64,000 bases of DNA from Candidatus Hodarchaeota archaeon. GTDB taxonomy: Archaea > Asgardarchaeota > Heimdallarchaeia > Hodarchaeales > Hodarchaeaceae. The stretch covers positions 34,699 through 98,698 of the forward strand of contig JAEOTC010000077.1 in assembly GCA_016840035.1 (NCBI GenBank). The letters run 5' to 3'. This document shows positions 48,398 through 58,893 of the stretch, in pieces; position 1 is the first letter of the stretch; the number at the start of each line of letters is the position of its first letter. The position numbers were made by a program, and so were the translations under genes. Below the pieces are notes generated by a model. It was not told where the DNA came from. It searched no databases and was given only the letters and a program-made list of their open reading frames with translations.

Positions 48398-51052
48398 ATG
48401 AATTTTCTTAATCGCTACTGGCGTAGAAAGATGATTGGTGACATTAAGCACCAGAAATTATTATTCTTTTCCATATTTTTCCTTTGTATATTTGGAGTAG
48501 GATCATATGTCACTCTCACCATGGGATACACCAATCTATATGTGTCTTTAGACAAAATATATGAGAAGACAAATTTTGCAGATGTAGAAATCAATTCTCA
48601 TTCAGATTCTTGGTTCAATATAAGTAAAGTTGACCTCTTTACTAAAAATTATTCGTTAAATAACCCAGGCTTCAATTTGGTTAATTATCGTCTCTTAACA
48701 AAATCGGGTTATAATTCTTCAATGGTAACACAAGAGAATATTCGATATCAATTAACTGAGGGTAGAGCTGTTGGAATTAATTGGAGTTTATCCAGTAATG
48801 AAAGGATTAATGATTTTATCTTCGAAGAAGGTCCCTCTCAGTTTGACAATAATTCGATATACTTAGAAGCCCACTATGCCCATTCTTATGATCTCCATGT
48901 CAATGATTCTATTCAAACACGAATTCTTGGTCAGAAGTTTAATTTTACAATAAGAGGAATTGTTTATAATCCAGAATCTTTACTTGTAATTCCTTCACGT
49001 CATGATTTTTTACCAACCAATAGATTTGGTATAATTTATTTACCTTTAAAATCCTTACAACAATATACAAATCTCACAGGCTTTGCAAATAATCTTATAA
49101 TAGAAATTTCACCTCATTTATCAGATATGGAGAAGGAGTCGTTAATATCTGAATTTTATACCCAATTAAATGCGTATACCAACAATTCTTTTGCACCTCC
49201 AACCTTTCAACAATATCAAGTATCTAATTGGGCCATAAATATGGACTTGGAAGAAATTCAAAAGATTGCTATCGTTCTCCCTATTTTAATCCTCGGGGTC
49301 GCAAGTATTGCAATATTTATCACCTTAAATCGTCAAGTACAAAGCCAGAGACGAATCATTGGAATTGCTTCAAGCCTTGGTTATTCTCCCCTTGATATTC
49401 TGGTTCATTACGCTTCTTTCGCTCTAATATTGGGATTAGTTGGCAGTATCGTTGGGATAGTACTAGGAGCTATTCTATCTGGAGGTATTACTTGGATATA
49501 TGCGTATTTCATGAATTTTCCAACAATTATTTCTATTGAAGTGCAGTTTGGAGTCATATTTAATGGATTTGTAATTGGAACACTAATTACTTTCCTTAGT
49601 GGAGTTATTCCTGCCATAAGAGCAAACCGTTTAACACCAAGAGAAGCTCTTCAGGGAAACATAGTCATCATCAAAGGAAAACATTCGTTATTTGAGAAAA
49701 TATTCAGGATTAAATCATTTCGAATTCGATCAACCGTTCCGATTCGGAATTTCTTTCGTCAAAAATCACGAACTATTGCTACAGTAATAGCGATTTCTGC
49801 ATCTGTTATGATATTAGTTGTATCAGGTGCGTTCAACGATTCAATCAATCACGGTATTTCACAACAGTTCACAGAAACTTCTCAATATCACATTTCTGTA
49901 AATTACGAAGGTTTTAAATTTGCAGATCTTGGTTTAAAAGATGATATCAATTTTATTAGCCAACTACCAGGTGTCGTTTCAGTTGATCCAGTTTTAGAAA
50001 TGCCTTCGGTAATCAATTTTAACGGAAAGCAACGAGAAGTTTTAATTAGGGCTTGGAATTCATCAAATCCGAGTACTCATACTTTTCAATGGACTTCAGA
50101 TACTGATCAACTTTTATCTAAGGATGGTCTTGTTCTTACAACTGGTTTAGCGAGAACATTGGGAGTTTCAACTGGTGCTGTAATTTCCTATGGTTACCCG
50201 CGAATTCCATATCTCACTTCTGCTCTTCGAGCAGCGGAAGCTATTTACAATCTTTGGGGAGGTGGTGAACGGGGACGTAATAAAACAATTGAATACTTGA
50301 ATGAACTTATTACTCAAAATCAGGATACTTTATCCTTTTCTAGAGAACGTGAAGAAATAGTTTATAGAAATAAGAGTATTACAATTACAGGAGTTACTGA
50401 AGAGATTTGGGGGAGTATAGTATATGCAACCATTCCAACACTAACTAAAGTTTTACATATTGACGATTTTAAAGATTCAAATATAAGTATAGACTTATCT
50501 CCATGTTCTAAACTTATCTTAAGGATTGCAGAACCAAATAATCTGACTTTATTGGAAGAAATCAAATCAGAGATTAGTTCAATGAATGAGATTCGCTCAA
50601 TCACATTTGGTTATGACTTTCAGACATCAATCAACATAACGCTTACTGCTTTCAATGTAATTGTCGTTATTTTCATTTTATTTGCTTGCCTTCTGGCTGG
50701 AGCTTCTATCTTTACTACAATCCATATAAATTTCCAGGAACGATCACGGGAAAGTGCCACGATGATTACCCTTGGTCTTTCCGACTCAGAATTCCTTTTT
50801 ATAATTTCTATTGAGAATTTTTTCCAGACACTGATTGGAATAATTATAGGAATTCTTCCTGGCCTCTGGCTTGCTGATTGGATCCTTAGCAATGCCTTAC
50901 GTTTATTTTATTTTTCAATTAAAGTTTCATTACAGACTTGGATTATCCTCTGGGGCGGAGTTCTACTAATTGTACTGATTTCTCAAATTCCTGCGATAAT
51001 TCAGGGAGTAAAAATGGATCTGGCTGAAGTAACAAAGGATATTTCAAATTAA
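48398..51052 (+). CDS. FtsX/MacB-like ABC permease (duplicated)
   Basis: Two repeats of TM, large extracellular domain and 3-TM block; QRRIIG..SLG and ERSRESATMITLG motifs. Confidence 0.88.
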   Translation: MNFLNRYWRRKMIGDIKHQKLLFFSIFFLCIFGVGSYVTLTMGYTNLYVSLDKIYEKTNFADVEINSHSDSWFNISKVDLFTKNYSLNNPGFNLVNYRLLTKSGYNSSMVTQENIRYQLTEGRAVGINWSLSSNERINDFIFEEGPSQFDNNSIYLEAHYAHSYDLHVNDSIQTRILGQKFNFTIRGIVYNPESLLVIPSRHDFLPTNRFGIIYLPLKSLQQYTNLTGFANNLIIEISPHLSDMEKESLISEFYTQLNAYTNNSFAPPTFQQYQVSNWAINMDLEEIQKIAIVLPILILGVASIAIFITLNRQVQSQRRIIGIASSLGYSPLDILVHYASFALILGLVGSIVGIVLGAILSGGITWIYAYFMNFPTIISIEVQFGVIFNGFVIGTLITFLSGVIPAIRANRLTPREALQGNIVIIKGKHSLFEKIFRIKSFRIRSTVPIRNFFRQKSRTIATVIAISASVMILVVSGAFNDSINHGISQQFTETSQYHISVNYEGFKFADLGLKDDINFISQLPGVVSVDPVLEMPSVINFNGKQREVLIRAWNSSNPSTHTFQWTSDTDQLLSKDGLVLTTGLARTLGVSTGAVISYGYPRIPYLTSALRAAEAIYNLWGGGERGRNKTIEYLNELITQNQDTLSFSREREEIVYRNKSITITGVTEEIWGSIVYATIPTLTKVLHIDDFKDSNISIDLSPCSKLILRIAEPNNLTLLEEIKSEISSMNEIRSITFGYDFQTSINITLTAFNVIVVIFILFACLLAGASIFTTIHINFQERSRESATMITLGLSDSEFLFIISIENFFQTLIGIIIGILPGLWLADWILSNALRLFYFSIKVSLQTWIILWGGVLLIVLISQIPAIIQGVKMDLAEVTKDISN

Positions 51053-51099
51053 TTTCGTATAAAACCAATAAACTTGATATTATTCACTAAAGAGAATCG

Positions 51100-52527
51100 T
51101 TACTCTTCAGTAGTTGGTATATTTGCCACCACTCGTCCGTCATGTTTAATATCAATCAGATCACGTTGGTGGAGCGGTTTAAGCTGATTTTCTAGTACAA
51201 TTGGATCCATGCCTACACTCTTTGCTAAGGCATCTAAACTCATATCTCCATCCATACGAATGAGAATTGTAATTGGGGCATAGTTTGATAGTGATAAAAC
51301 CTGTTCTATGTAGTCATTTATATTTCTGGCTTTATTCAGTGCTTGAGTTGTTACTTTCGTAAGTTGAAATTCAGTGTCACGGGATTTTGCTTGCTTTAAG
51401 TCCGACTTCAATTCATCAATTTGGATCTTATATTGTGTAGCTTCCTTTGATTGTGTATCACTTAATTCTAGAAGGTCTGATACTTGTTTATCCATATGGT
51501 TAGTTTTATCTTCTAGCATAGTGTTTTTAGAAGTTAATTCAGTAATCTGAGATTGATATTGTTTTGATAAATCCGCTTTCTTTGATTGTACGTCTGTTAG
51601 TTTGTTTTCTAGTTCTTGGATCTCATCCTGGAATTGCTTCGATTTTTCCCTCAGTCGTGCATTGATAGATTCCTCATATTCTTCCTTAATTTTAGCAAGG
51701 GAGACTTGGAATTGCTCTTCTTGAAATTTGTACTTCTCTTGTTGTTCTTGAATGAGTTTCTGATATTCCTCTTGTTGTTCAGAATAAGCACTTGCCCAAG
51801 TTGCCATTGCATCTGAAGCTTGTGATTCGATTTGCGCTGTTAATCTCGATATTTCAGAGTTCTTCTCAATTAATTCCATCTCTAAGGAAGCATTTTTATC
51901 TTCCAACTCTGTAAATCGCTCATCCTTACTCGTAACTTGAGTAGATTTGTCACTTAAATCAGAAAGAGCGTCTTCTAATTGGAAGGTCAAATTTTCATTT
52001 GTTGTTCTCTCTTCCACTAGCAGATTTTGCATTTCCTTTTGATATTTCGAATATCGGGCTTCAATATCCGCGTAATCTTTTTCTTTAACTTTTAACTGTT
52101 CCTTTAAGGATTCATTCATATGATTGAGTCTTGAAATTTCGTTTGTTTGATTTCTAAATCGACTCTGTTCCTCTGGGGTTAAGGCTTGGCCCTTCGCGAC
52201 ATCTTCTAGAGAATCATCTTGGATAAACATATTTTTTATCCAATTAAATGAAGACATTGTTATTCGAGTCAGTTGGCTTTCAATCATTCGATTAACATCC
52301 TCATCAAATGATTTTAGCAGGGCATCAACATGAACTCGGTCTTCATGACGAGTAATGATATTTGAACGATTCAAGAGGTCATTCTTAAATCCACTAATTG
52401 AAACCCCTAAATTTTGAATGGCAATTTTTCTATCCTTAGCTAAATCCTTAATAAACTCTAACCCATATTTTTGTATTTTGGATTCGTTATCTTTATCCAT
52501 TGTTGCCAAAAGTTTCACTTCATGCAA
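51100..52527 (-). CDS. Long coiled-coil protein with a C-terminal winged-helix-like domain
   Basis: About 280 aa of E/K/Q-rich heptads, then MSLDALAKSVGMDPIVLENQLKPLHQRDLIDI. Confidence 0.7.
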   Translation of the reverse strand: MHEVKLLATMDKDNESKIQKYGLEFIKDLAKDRKIAIQNLGVSISGFKNDLLNRSNIITRHEDRVHVDALLKSFDEDVNRMIESQLTRITMSSFNWIKNMFIQDDSLEDVAKGQALTPEEQSRFRNQTNEISRLNHMNESLKEQLKVKEKDYADIEARYSKYQKEMQNLLVEERTTNENLTFQLEDALSDLSDKSTQVTSKDERFTELEDKNASLEMELIEKNSEISRLTAQIESQASDAMATWASAYSEQQEEYQKLIQEQQEKYKFQEEQFQVSLAKIKEEYEESINARLREKSKQFQDEIQELENKLTDVQSKKADLSKQYQSQITELTSKNTMLEDKTNHMDKQVSDLLELSDTQSKEATQYKIQIDELKSDLKQAKSRDTEFQLTKVTTQALNKARNINDYIEQVLSLSNYAPITILIRMDGDMSLDALAKSVGMDPIVLENQLKPLHQRDLIDIKHDGRVVANIPTTEE

Positions 52528-52614
52528 TCATATTGAAGTCTATTGAAAGATGTAAACACCTATTATAGTAAAAATATTTGCTATCAAGATAATATATTTG
52601 AATTGGGTCTAAAT

Positions 52615-53646
52615 CTAGTTTTTATAAATTCGACTAGTATTACGCGGAACAGGAATATCTTTCATAGTGAAAAGTCCCGATTTGAAATTATAAGTAAGAG
52701 GTATTAAATTTGCAACCATGGCTGCAGTACCAAGATCTCCATGCACCCCTCCAATAATCTTTTGATTAATATCTGGCACTCCATCGATTTTTACACTATC
52801 AAACTCGTCATGATCCCCTGCATAAGCAACAAAATCTATATATACAAATATTTCTCCTGTTTCAGATTTTCTATGAATAGCCTTACTTTTCAGCCCACAT
52901 ACATCCCCCTCATGAATATTTTCTCCGTAAGATGTGTTGAAATCCTTTGTCGCAAGAACGGGTTCTGGAGGAAACTCTTTAATTGTGCCTCCTGACTCAC
53001 CTAAGGCGCTCAAGATCATCTCTATTGACTCGCTTAATCCTACATGTCCAGTAATTTCCTTTTTCTCAATCTTTTCACGAAATTCGCTAACAGATAACCC
53101 CGTACCTATTTTTCGTTGAAAGGGTTCTCTTCGCTTTGAAGAGTTCATCATGCGAGTAATATAAATTTTGTTCACCTTTTGACAGGGCGCTGTCAGTATG
53201 ATTGGAAGTAAATCCATCAGATAACCAGGATTAATCCCTGTCCCAACTATCGTACATTGATTTTCTTTGGCTAATTTATCCAGCTTCTCTGAAAGCTCAG
53301 GATAACGGTTATAGGGGAAAGAAAGTTCTTCACAGATTGATACAACATTTATTCCTGCCGCAATGAGCCTTTCTACCGTTACAGCCACATTTTGTAGTGA
53401 AGAGGATGTTGCAACGACAGCTACATCAATCTGATTCATTTCTAATAATGGGTCAATACTATTCTGAATTTTCAATTCAGTAGTGGTTGAAGTTTCCAAA
53501 ATATCGGCTAAATTTTTCCCTTCGAGTCGTGGATCAATATCTACAACACCTAAAAGATTAATATTTTTGCGAGAATCCAGTAGACGAGTAATCAGTTTCC
53601 CCATAGGCCCTAAACCTATTTGTATTACATTAAATCTTGTAGTCAT
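52615..53646 (-). CDS. 2,4-diaminopentanoate dehydrogenase/dihydrodipicolinate reductase-like oxidoreductase
   Basis: IGLGPMG, NVVSICEE, GTGINPGYLMD, RREPFQRKIGTG, GHVGL, GGVHGD. Confidence 0.85.
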   Translation of the reverse strand: MTTRFNVIQIGLGPMGKLITRLLDSRKNINLLGVVDIDPRLEGKNLADILETSTTTELKIQNSIDPLLEMNQIDVAVVATSSSLQNVAVTVERLIAAGINVVSICEELSFPYNRYPELSEKLDKLAKENQCTIVGTGINPGYLMDLLPIILTAPCQKVNKIYITRMMNSSKRREPFQRKIGTGLSVSEFREKIEKKEITGHVGLSESIEMILSALGESGGTIKEFPPEPVLATKDFNTSYGENIHEGDVCGLKSKAIHRKSETGEIFVYIDFVAYAGDHDEFDSVKIDGVPDINQKIIGGVHGDLGTAAMVANLIPLTYNFKSGLFTMKDIPVPRNTSRIYKN

Positions 53647-53666
53647 TATTATATCCCCATATTATC

Positions 53667-54623
53667 TTATCTCGGATTAAAGAATTTATATGCATTTTTC
53701 CAATAGAAATGTTCCAGAATTTTTTTAGAGAGGTTTAAACCATTTATATATGTGGGAGGATTCGGATTATCCGCATCAGGAAATGGTAGTTTAATTTTTT
53801 GATGGTTACTCTCCCAAAAAATTCTTTGAGCCCAATAACGAGTAGCTAAATATTCTTCATCACGATCCTCCCATCCTACAGACAAGTCTGTAGCAAAAAG
53901 CACTCGTGTATAATGTTTTTCAAAGAAAGATCTTGTAGATTCGATATTCTTCCCTAATTCTCTAACCATCCATTTAGTTGAGGCAGTATCAATATAAAGG
54001 TTTGGGAAATCGGTTAAATCTTTTGAAACTTGATCTAAATGTTCTGGAAGACTGTTGAAATGAACACTGATTAATTTTGGAAAACTATACTCCCTTAGAA
54101 TATTTCGAAATTCATTCATGGCTTGATTTTTCGTTCGATACCGAATAATATCTTGATATTTTGTGTCATACCAGATATCAGGATCGGCAACATGGATATC
54201 CATGGGAATGCCATATTTTTCTATTAAGGAGAAAACTGGATCGAAAATGGGTAGATTAAGGGAGAACGGTTTATCTGCTTTAAAAAAGTCAAGGAACCTA
54301 GGACCAAACCATAATTTAACCATTGAATAATTTTCTGAATGCGCTTCATCCAGAGCCTTAAGAATTCTTTCGGGTTCGTGACTTGCAAACGCATCTATTG
54401 GGAGGTAATAAGCAAAATTAACAAGATCTCCATGTCCATTTTCTTCTAGAGTTTTTTTTACATCAGGTGCTGCGATTCCCATAAATTGATGCACACCATA
54501 CTGTCTCCCTATTTTTAAAAGTGGTTCAAATGCATCAGCACTCCATATATGGACATGGGAATCCCATATTTTCGTGTTTAACTCCGATAGTCCATTTAAT
54601 GGATCAGAAAGATCAAACTGCAT
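53667..54623 (-). CDS. Amidohydrolase family protein
   Basis: WDSHVH, IHVADP, VH, YIDTAS, LFATD. Confidence 0.82.
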   Translation of the reverse strand: MQFDLSDPLNGLSELNTKIWDSHVHIWSADAFEPLLKIGRQYGVHQFMGIAAPDVKKTLEENGHGDLVNFAYYLPIDAFASHEPERILKALDEAHSENYSMVKLWFGPRFLDFFKADKPFSLNLPIFDPVFSLIEKYGIPMDIHVADPDIWYDTKYQDIIRYRTKNQAMNEFRNILREYSFPKLISVHFNSLPEHLDQVSKDLTDFPNLYIDTASTKWMVRELGKNIESTRSFFEKHYTRVLFATDLSVGWEDRDEEYLATRYWAQRIFWESNHQKIKLPFPDADNPNPPTYINGLNLSKKILEHFYWKNAYKFFNPR

Positions 54624-54778
54624 GGTTGCATCAGTTTTTCATCAAAGCAATAAACTTAGTGTTTTCCAAGAAAAAAAAATAGCCCTTGAAGTAACTATGA
54701 ATTGAGAATCATCTTAATTATTGGTTTAAAATAAGTTCTCTAGTATCCATCAATCTGTCCAATACATCCAAGGTTGAA

Positions 54779-55501
54779 GTGTTAATGACTCAATCAAGCT
54801 CTATAAAGTTGAAGGCGATACTTTTCGATTTTGATGGTACTCTGGTTGATACTAAATCATATTATTTTGGGATTATTGCTGATTATCTTGGAAGCGATCG
54901 TGACAAGACAATTAAAATAGCAGAAGAGATTATTGAATCAAAATTGGTTCCAGAAGACAACAACATACGATGGGAAATTGTAAGGACATCATACCAAGTT
55001 TCACGTAAGATGGGATTTGGAATAATAAGATCTATCTTAGCCCTCTGGCATCTATCAAGGAATCATTCAAAAAATTTTAGTTCAGCAGAACCAACAAAGG
55101 ATACGATTGAAGGTTTAGTCAAACTAAATGAACTCGGAGTCCATCTAGGGATTATTAGTTACACCTCGAGAAGAAAAATCGAATATTTCTTGAGTAAATA
55201 TATTGAGAACAAATTCATGTTCTCTGAAGAATGTATTCTGGCCAAAGGGGATTTTGGAAATTTAAAAGAGAAGGGGATCGAAAAATTTCTCGAATTATTT
55301 AATCTTACCAAAGAAAAACACTTATGCGCAATTGTTGGGGATTTAGGAGGAGATATTATCTCTGGAAACAATCTGGGTATTACAACAATCGGATTAACCA
55401 CAGGATATGCCACTTCAGATATCCTAAGTAAAGCAGGACCCTCAAGAATTTTTGATACAGTCATAGAATTAGCTAAAAATGTTGAAGTTCCTTCTAACTA
55501 G
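54779..55501 (+). CDS. HAD-superfamily hydrolase
   Basis: LFDFDGTLVD; VGDLGGDI. Confidence 0.9.
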   Translation: MLMTQSSSIKLKAILFDFDGTLVDTKSYYFGIIADYLGSDRDKTIKIAEEIIESKLVPEDNNIRWEIVRTSYQVSRKMGFGIIRSILALWHLSRNHSKNFSSAEPTKDTIEGLVKLNELGVHLGIISYTSRRKIEYFLSKYIENKFMFSEECILAKGDFGNLKEKGIEKFLELFNLTKEKHLCAIVGDLGGDIISGNNLGITTIGLTTGYATSDILSKAGPSRIFDTVIELAKNVEVPSN

Positions 55502-57020
55502 ATTCTATCCATGCTTTCGCTTTCTGGATTGCTTTATTCCAATAATGTAGATGATTTGTCCTTTCTTTTTCTTCCATTTTTGGACTAAATACTCGATCAA
55601 TTGCCCATTTTTCTTTCAATTCATTTAAATCTTTCCAAAACCCAACTGCCAAGCCAGCTGCAAAAGCTGCTCCTAAAGCAGTCGTTTCTTCAATTTTAGG
55701 ACGAACACACTCAATTCCTAGGATGTCTGCTTGAAATTGCATGAGTAAATTATTTTTTGAAGCCCCTCCATCTACCCTTAAACTTGTTAGTTGGACTTTA
55801 CTATCAACTTCCATCGCTCTAAATACATCATACGACTGGAATGCAATAGATTCTAATACTGCACGGGTGATATGTGCTTTATCACTACCACGAGTAAGTC
55901 CTAAAACTGTACCACGAGCTGTGACATCCCAATGTGGAGAAAACAAACCTACAAATGCTGGTACGAAGTATACTCCTCCATTGTCTGTGACTGAAGACGC
56001 GAGTTCTTCGGATTCTTCCGTTTTTTCAAAGAAATTTAGTTGATCTCTTAACCATTGGATTGCTGCTCCGCTTACAGCGATGCTACCTTCTAATGCGTAA
56101 CTAATTTTCTTACCAATTCCGTATCCAACCGTTGTAATTAATCCAGATTTTGATTGAACCATGTTATTCCCTGTATTCATTAGGAGAAAGTTACCAGTTC
56201 CATATGTGTTTTTTGCGTTTCCACTTTCAAAGCAAGTTTGGCCAAATAGAGCAGCTTGTTGATCACCCAGATCACCACTAACAGGGGGCCCATTATCATT
56301 GGCATTACTAATATACCCATATATTTCAGAATCACTTGATGGACGGATTTCTGGTAGAATCGATTGAGGGATTTTCAAAATCTCTAAGAGTTCATCATCC
56401 CATTCTAATGTTTTTATATTCATTAACATGGTTCTTGATGCATTTGAATAATCAGTGATATGAACTCCCCCATCAATTCCTCCAGTTAAGTTCCAAATTA
56501 TCCATGTATCAATATTTCCGAATAGGAGTTCATTTTTTGTTGCTTTTAAACGAAACCTTTCCCGTGAATCTAAAATCCATTGGATCTTTGGACCAGAAAA
56601 ATAAGTTGCTGTTACGAGACCGGTCCGGGATTTTATTTCCTCTTCAAGGCTTTCTTTTTTGAGGGACTCACAGATCTCACTCGTTCGTGTACATTGCCAC
56701 ACAACTGCATTATGAATAGGTATCCCTGATTTTTTATCCCATATAACCGTGGTTTCTCTTTGATTTGTAATTCCAACCGCTTTTAAATCAGTGAGGGATA
56801 ATTTTGCCCCCTGAAGAGCTTTATGGAGGACAAATTCTGTATTTCTCCAGATTTCCATGGCATCGTGTTCTACCCACCCAGGTCTAGGGAAGATCTGTTT
56901 GTGTTCTTTATAGCATGAATTAACTAAATTGCTATACTTATCGAATATCATAAATCTTGTACCAGTAGTCCCTTGGTCAATAGCACCTATGTATTTTTCG
57001 ACCGTCATGCTTTTTTTCAC
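55494..57020 (-). CDS. glpK: Glycerol kinase
   Basis: AIDQGTTGTR, GWVEHD, GITNQRET, YFSGPK, NASRT, GDQQAALFG, KNTYGTG, RVDGGA. Confidence 0.96.
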   Translation of the reverse strand: MKKSMTVEKYIGAIDQGTTGTRFMIFDKYSNLVNSCYKEHKQIFPRPGWVEHDAMEIWRNTEFVLHKALQGAKLSLTDLKAVGITNQRETTVIWDKKSGIPIHNAVVWQCTRTSEICESLKKESLEEEIKSRTGLVTATYFSGPKIQWILDSRERFRLKATKNELLFGNIDTWIIWNLTGGIDGGVHITDYSNASRTMLMNIKTLEWDDELLEILKIPQSILPEIRPSSDSEIYGYISNANDNGPPVSGDLGDQQAALFGQTCFESGNAKNTYGTGNFLLMNTGNNMVQSKSGLITTVGYGIGKKISYALEGSIAVSGAAIQWLRDQLNFFEKTEESEELASSVTDNGGVYFVPAFVGLFSPHWDVTARGTVLGLTRGSDKAHITRAVLESIAFQSYDVFRAMEVDSKVQLTSLRVDGGASKNNLLMQFQADILGIECVRPKIEETTALGAAFAAGLAVGFWKDLNELKEKWAIDRVFSPKMEEKERTNHLHYWNKAIQKAKAWIESS

Positions 57021-57088
57021 TCCAGAAAGTGGTTTTGGAAAATATTGATTCGATAAATCAATCTTTCACACAGAATCAGCAGTTTAGA

Positions 57089-57628
57089 CTATTGATTAAT
57101 AAATTCCTTATCTATTTTTCTTTTCACATGATTCAGATGAGTTGGATTTAACTCGAAACTGCATCGGAGAACTTCATAATTGAATTTAGGGTTAAATTTG
57201 CGTTTAAAATCCTCAAAAATTGATTCTCTCACAATAAAAATATTCCCCCGCGTTCGAGATAAAGATGATTTCAGTACAGGAAAATAACCTCCCCCATTCA
57301 TCTCAAGAATGCCAATTTCATCGATAAAAAGGAAATCTAAATTCCTAGCATCCTTAATATGCTGTATTGCCTGTTCTAAATTCGTTTTACTAATATAGAA
57401 TTTCCCAATTTTTACAACAGGTTCATCGTTAAAAGCCTCAAATCGTAACCTCTCCCCACTTTGGATCAAATAAAACCACCGACTCGAGTTCTGAAGAGTA
57501 ATAACTCCACCAGCAGAGAATCCTCGATCCTGAATATGTTCTAATATCTTGTAGCTTAAGGTTGATTTTCCTGCTCTACTCGGGCCAGTTATTAGAAAGG
57601 ATGGGATAGGATTTTCCATGATGATCAA
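57089..57628 (-). CDS. P-loop NTPase (THEP1/NTPase_1 family)
   Basis: ITGPSRAGKST; FIDEIGILE. Confidence 0.82.
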   Translation of the reverse strand: MIIMENPIPSFLITGPSRAGKSTLSYKILEHIQDRGFSAGGVITLQNSSRWFYLIQSGERLRFEAFNDEPVVKIGKFYISKTNLEQAIQHIKDARNLDFLFIDEIGILEMNGGGYFPVLKSSLSRTRGNIFIVRESIFEDFKRKFNPKFNYEVLRCSFELNPTHLNHVKRKIDKEFINQ

Positions 57629-57762
57629 GTCTTATTATTTTTCTCCGATTGAACCTTCGTTATCCAGTTGAAAAATGTCATTCCTCCATTCTCATTTACG
57701 AAATTTAAGGAATCGGTTAAGATTCATTTTCAAGTCATATATTAGATCTGGGGAGAAAAGGT

Positions 57763-57794
57763 GGTTTTTAGGAGAAAAAATTTCCCTAAAAACC
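57763..57794 (-). terminator. Stem-loop downstream of radA
   Basis: GGTTTTTAGG (57763-57772) pairs with CCTAAAAACC (57785-57794). It begins 10 bp after the radA stop and is followed by CCTTTT on the minus strand. Confidence 0.6.
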
Positions 57795-57804
57795 TGAGAA
57801 AAAT

Positions 57805-58893
57805 TTAGCTAATGTCTATAATGCCGTCACCTGTTATAGCAAAAACTGTTTCATTTTCAGGGAGAAGAGGTGAGTCAGCTATGCGAGCAATTCGACGTTC
57901 ACCTTTGGATTTTCGTAGGTAGACACGAGTTTGACTTGCATGAGCTACAATATGTCCTCCCACTGGAGATGTAGGATCCCCGAAAAACATATCTGGTTTT
58001 GAATGAACTTGGTTAGTCAGAATGACCGACATATTTCCAACTTCAGCCATTTTCAGTAATGTATGGATATGCTGATTTAACTTCTGTTGTCTACTGGCTA
58101 GAGTTCCTCGTCCAATATATTCCGCACGAAAATGGGCAATTAAAGAGTCAACAATAACGAGGCCAATTGGTTCAGTTTGACTTTCTTGAGCTGCTTTCTC
58201 AGCAAGTACCATCTGATGATCGCTATTATAAGCACGACCATGCATGATGTTTTTTAGAACTTCTTTTACATCTAGATCCCCTTCCCATCGCTTAGCCATA
58301 TTAAGAATTCGCTCTGGCCTAAAAGTACCTTCTGTATCAATATAGATCACTTTGATGGGGCCATCGACACGTAAACCTCCCAATTCACGCGGTAACTGGG
58401 CGGCGACACATAATTGATGCGCTAGTTGGGTTTTTCCAGTTCGGTACTCCCCATAAAGTTCAGTAACCGCTCCAGTTTCTATTCCACCACCAAAAAGGTC
58501 ATCCAAGGATGCTGATCCAGTCGTGATCTTGAGCATATTCCTCCGACGTTCTAATATTTCTTCAGCGGAAACAAAACCAAAATTAAGGGCATTTCGTGCC
58601 GCTTGAATTATTTTACTTGAAGTAGCTTCTCCAAGATTCCCCACTGCAACTAACTGACCAATACTTACGGTAGCAAGAGATTCTAAGGTTCCAAATCCTG
58701 ATTCTCTCAGTTTCTTTGCAGTTGCAGGTCCAATACCTGGTAAATCATCAATATTTCCAGTCGATCCATCATCTTTTGAGGTAACTGAAGGAGTAGGTGG
58801 AGGACTTTCTGTTAGTTCTACTTCCATCTCTCCTCCTTCCTCAACCACGGTGTTTTTATTATTATTATTTGATTTTTTCTTGCGAGGTGGCAT
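57805..58893 (-). CDS. radA: DNA repair and recombination protein RadA
   Basis: HhH motif LPGIGPATAKKL, FVSA polymerisation motif, GEYRTGKTQ, YIDTEGTFRPER, IVDS, GRGTLASRQQKL. Confidence 0.97.
   Translation of the reverse strand: MPPRKKKSNNNNKNTVVEEGGEMEVELTESPPPTPSVTSKDDGSTGNIDDLPGIGPATAKKLRESGFGTLESLATVSIGQLVAVGNLGEATSSKIIQAARNALNFGFVSAEEILERRRNMLKITTGSASLDDLFGGGIETGAVTELYGEYRTGKTQLAHQLCVAAQLPRELGGLRVDGPIKVIYIDTEGTFRPERILNMAKRWEGDLDVKEVLKNIMHGRAYNSDHQMVLAEKAAQESQTEPIGLVIVDSLIAHFRAEYIGRGTLASRQQKLNQHIHTLLKMAEVGNMSVILTNQVHSKPDMFFGDPTSPVGGHIVAHASQTRVYLRKSKGERRIARIADSPLLPENETVFAITGDGIIDIS

Noticed and set aside
51100-52527. SMC/Rad50 assignment for the coiled-coil protein
   Set aside because: No Walker A/B, signature motif, hinge or zinc hook.
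58855-58872. (ATT)n microsatellite in radA
   Set aside because: It only encodes a short Asn run in the disordered tail and is too short to imply phase variation.
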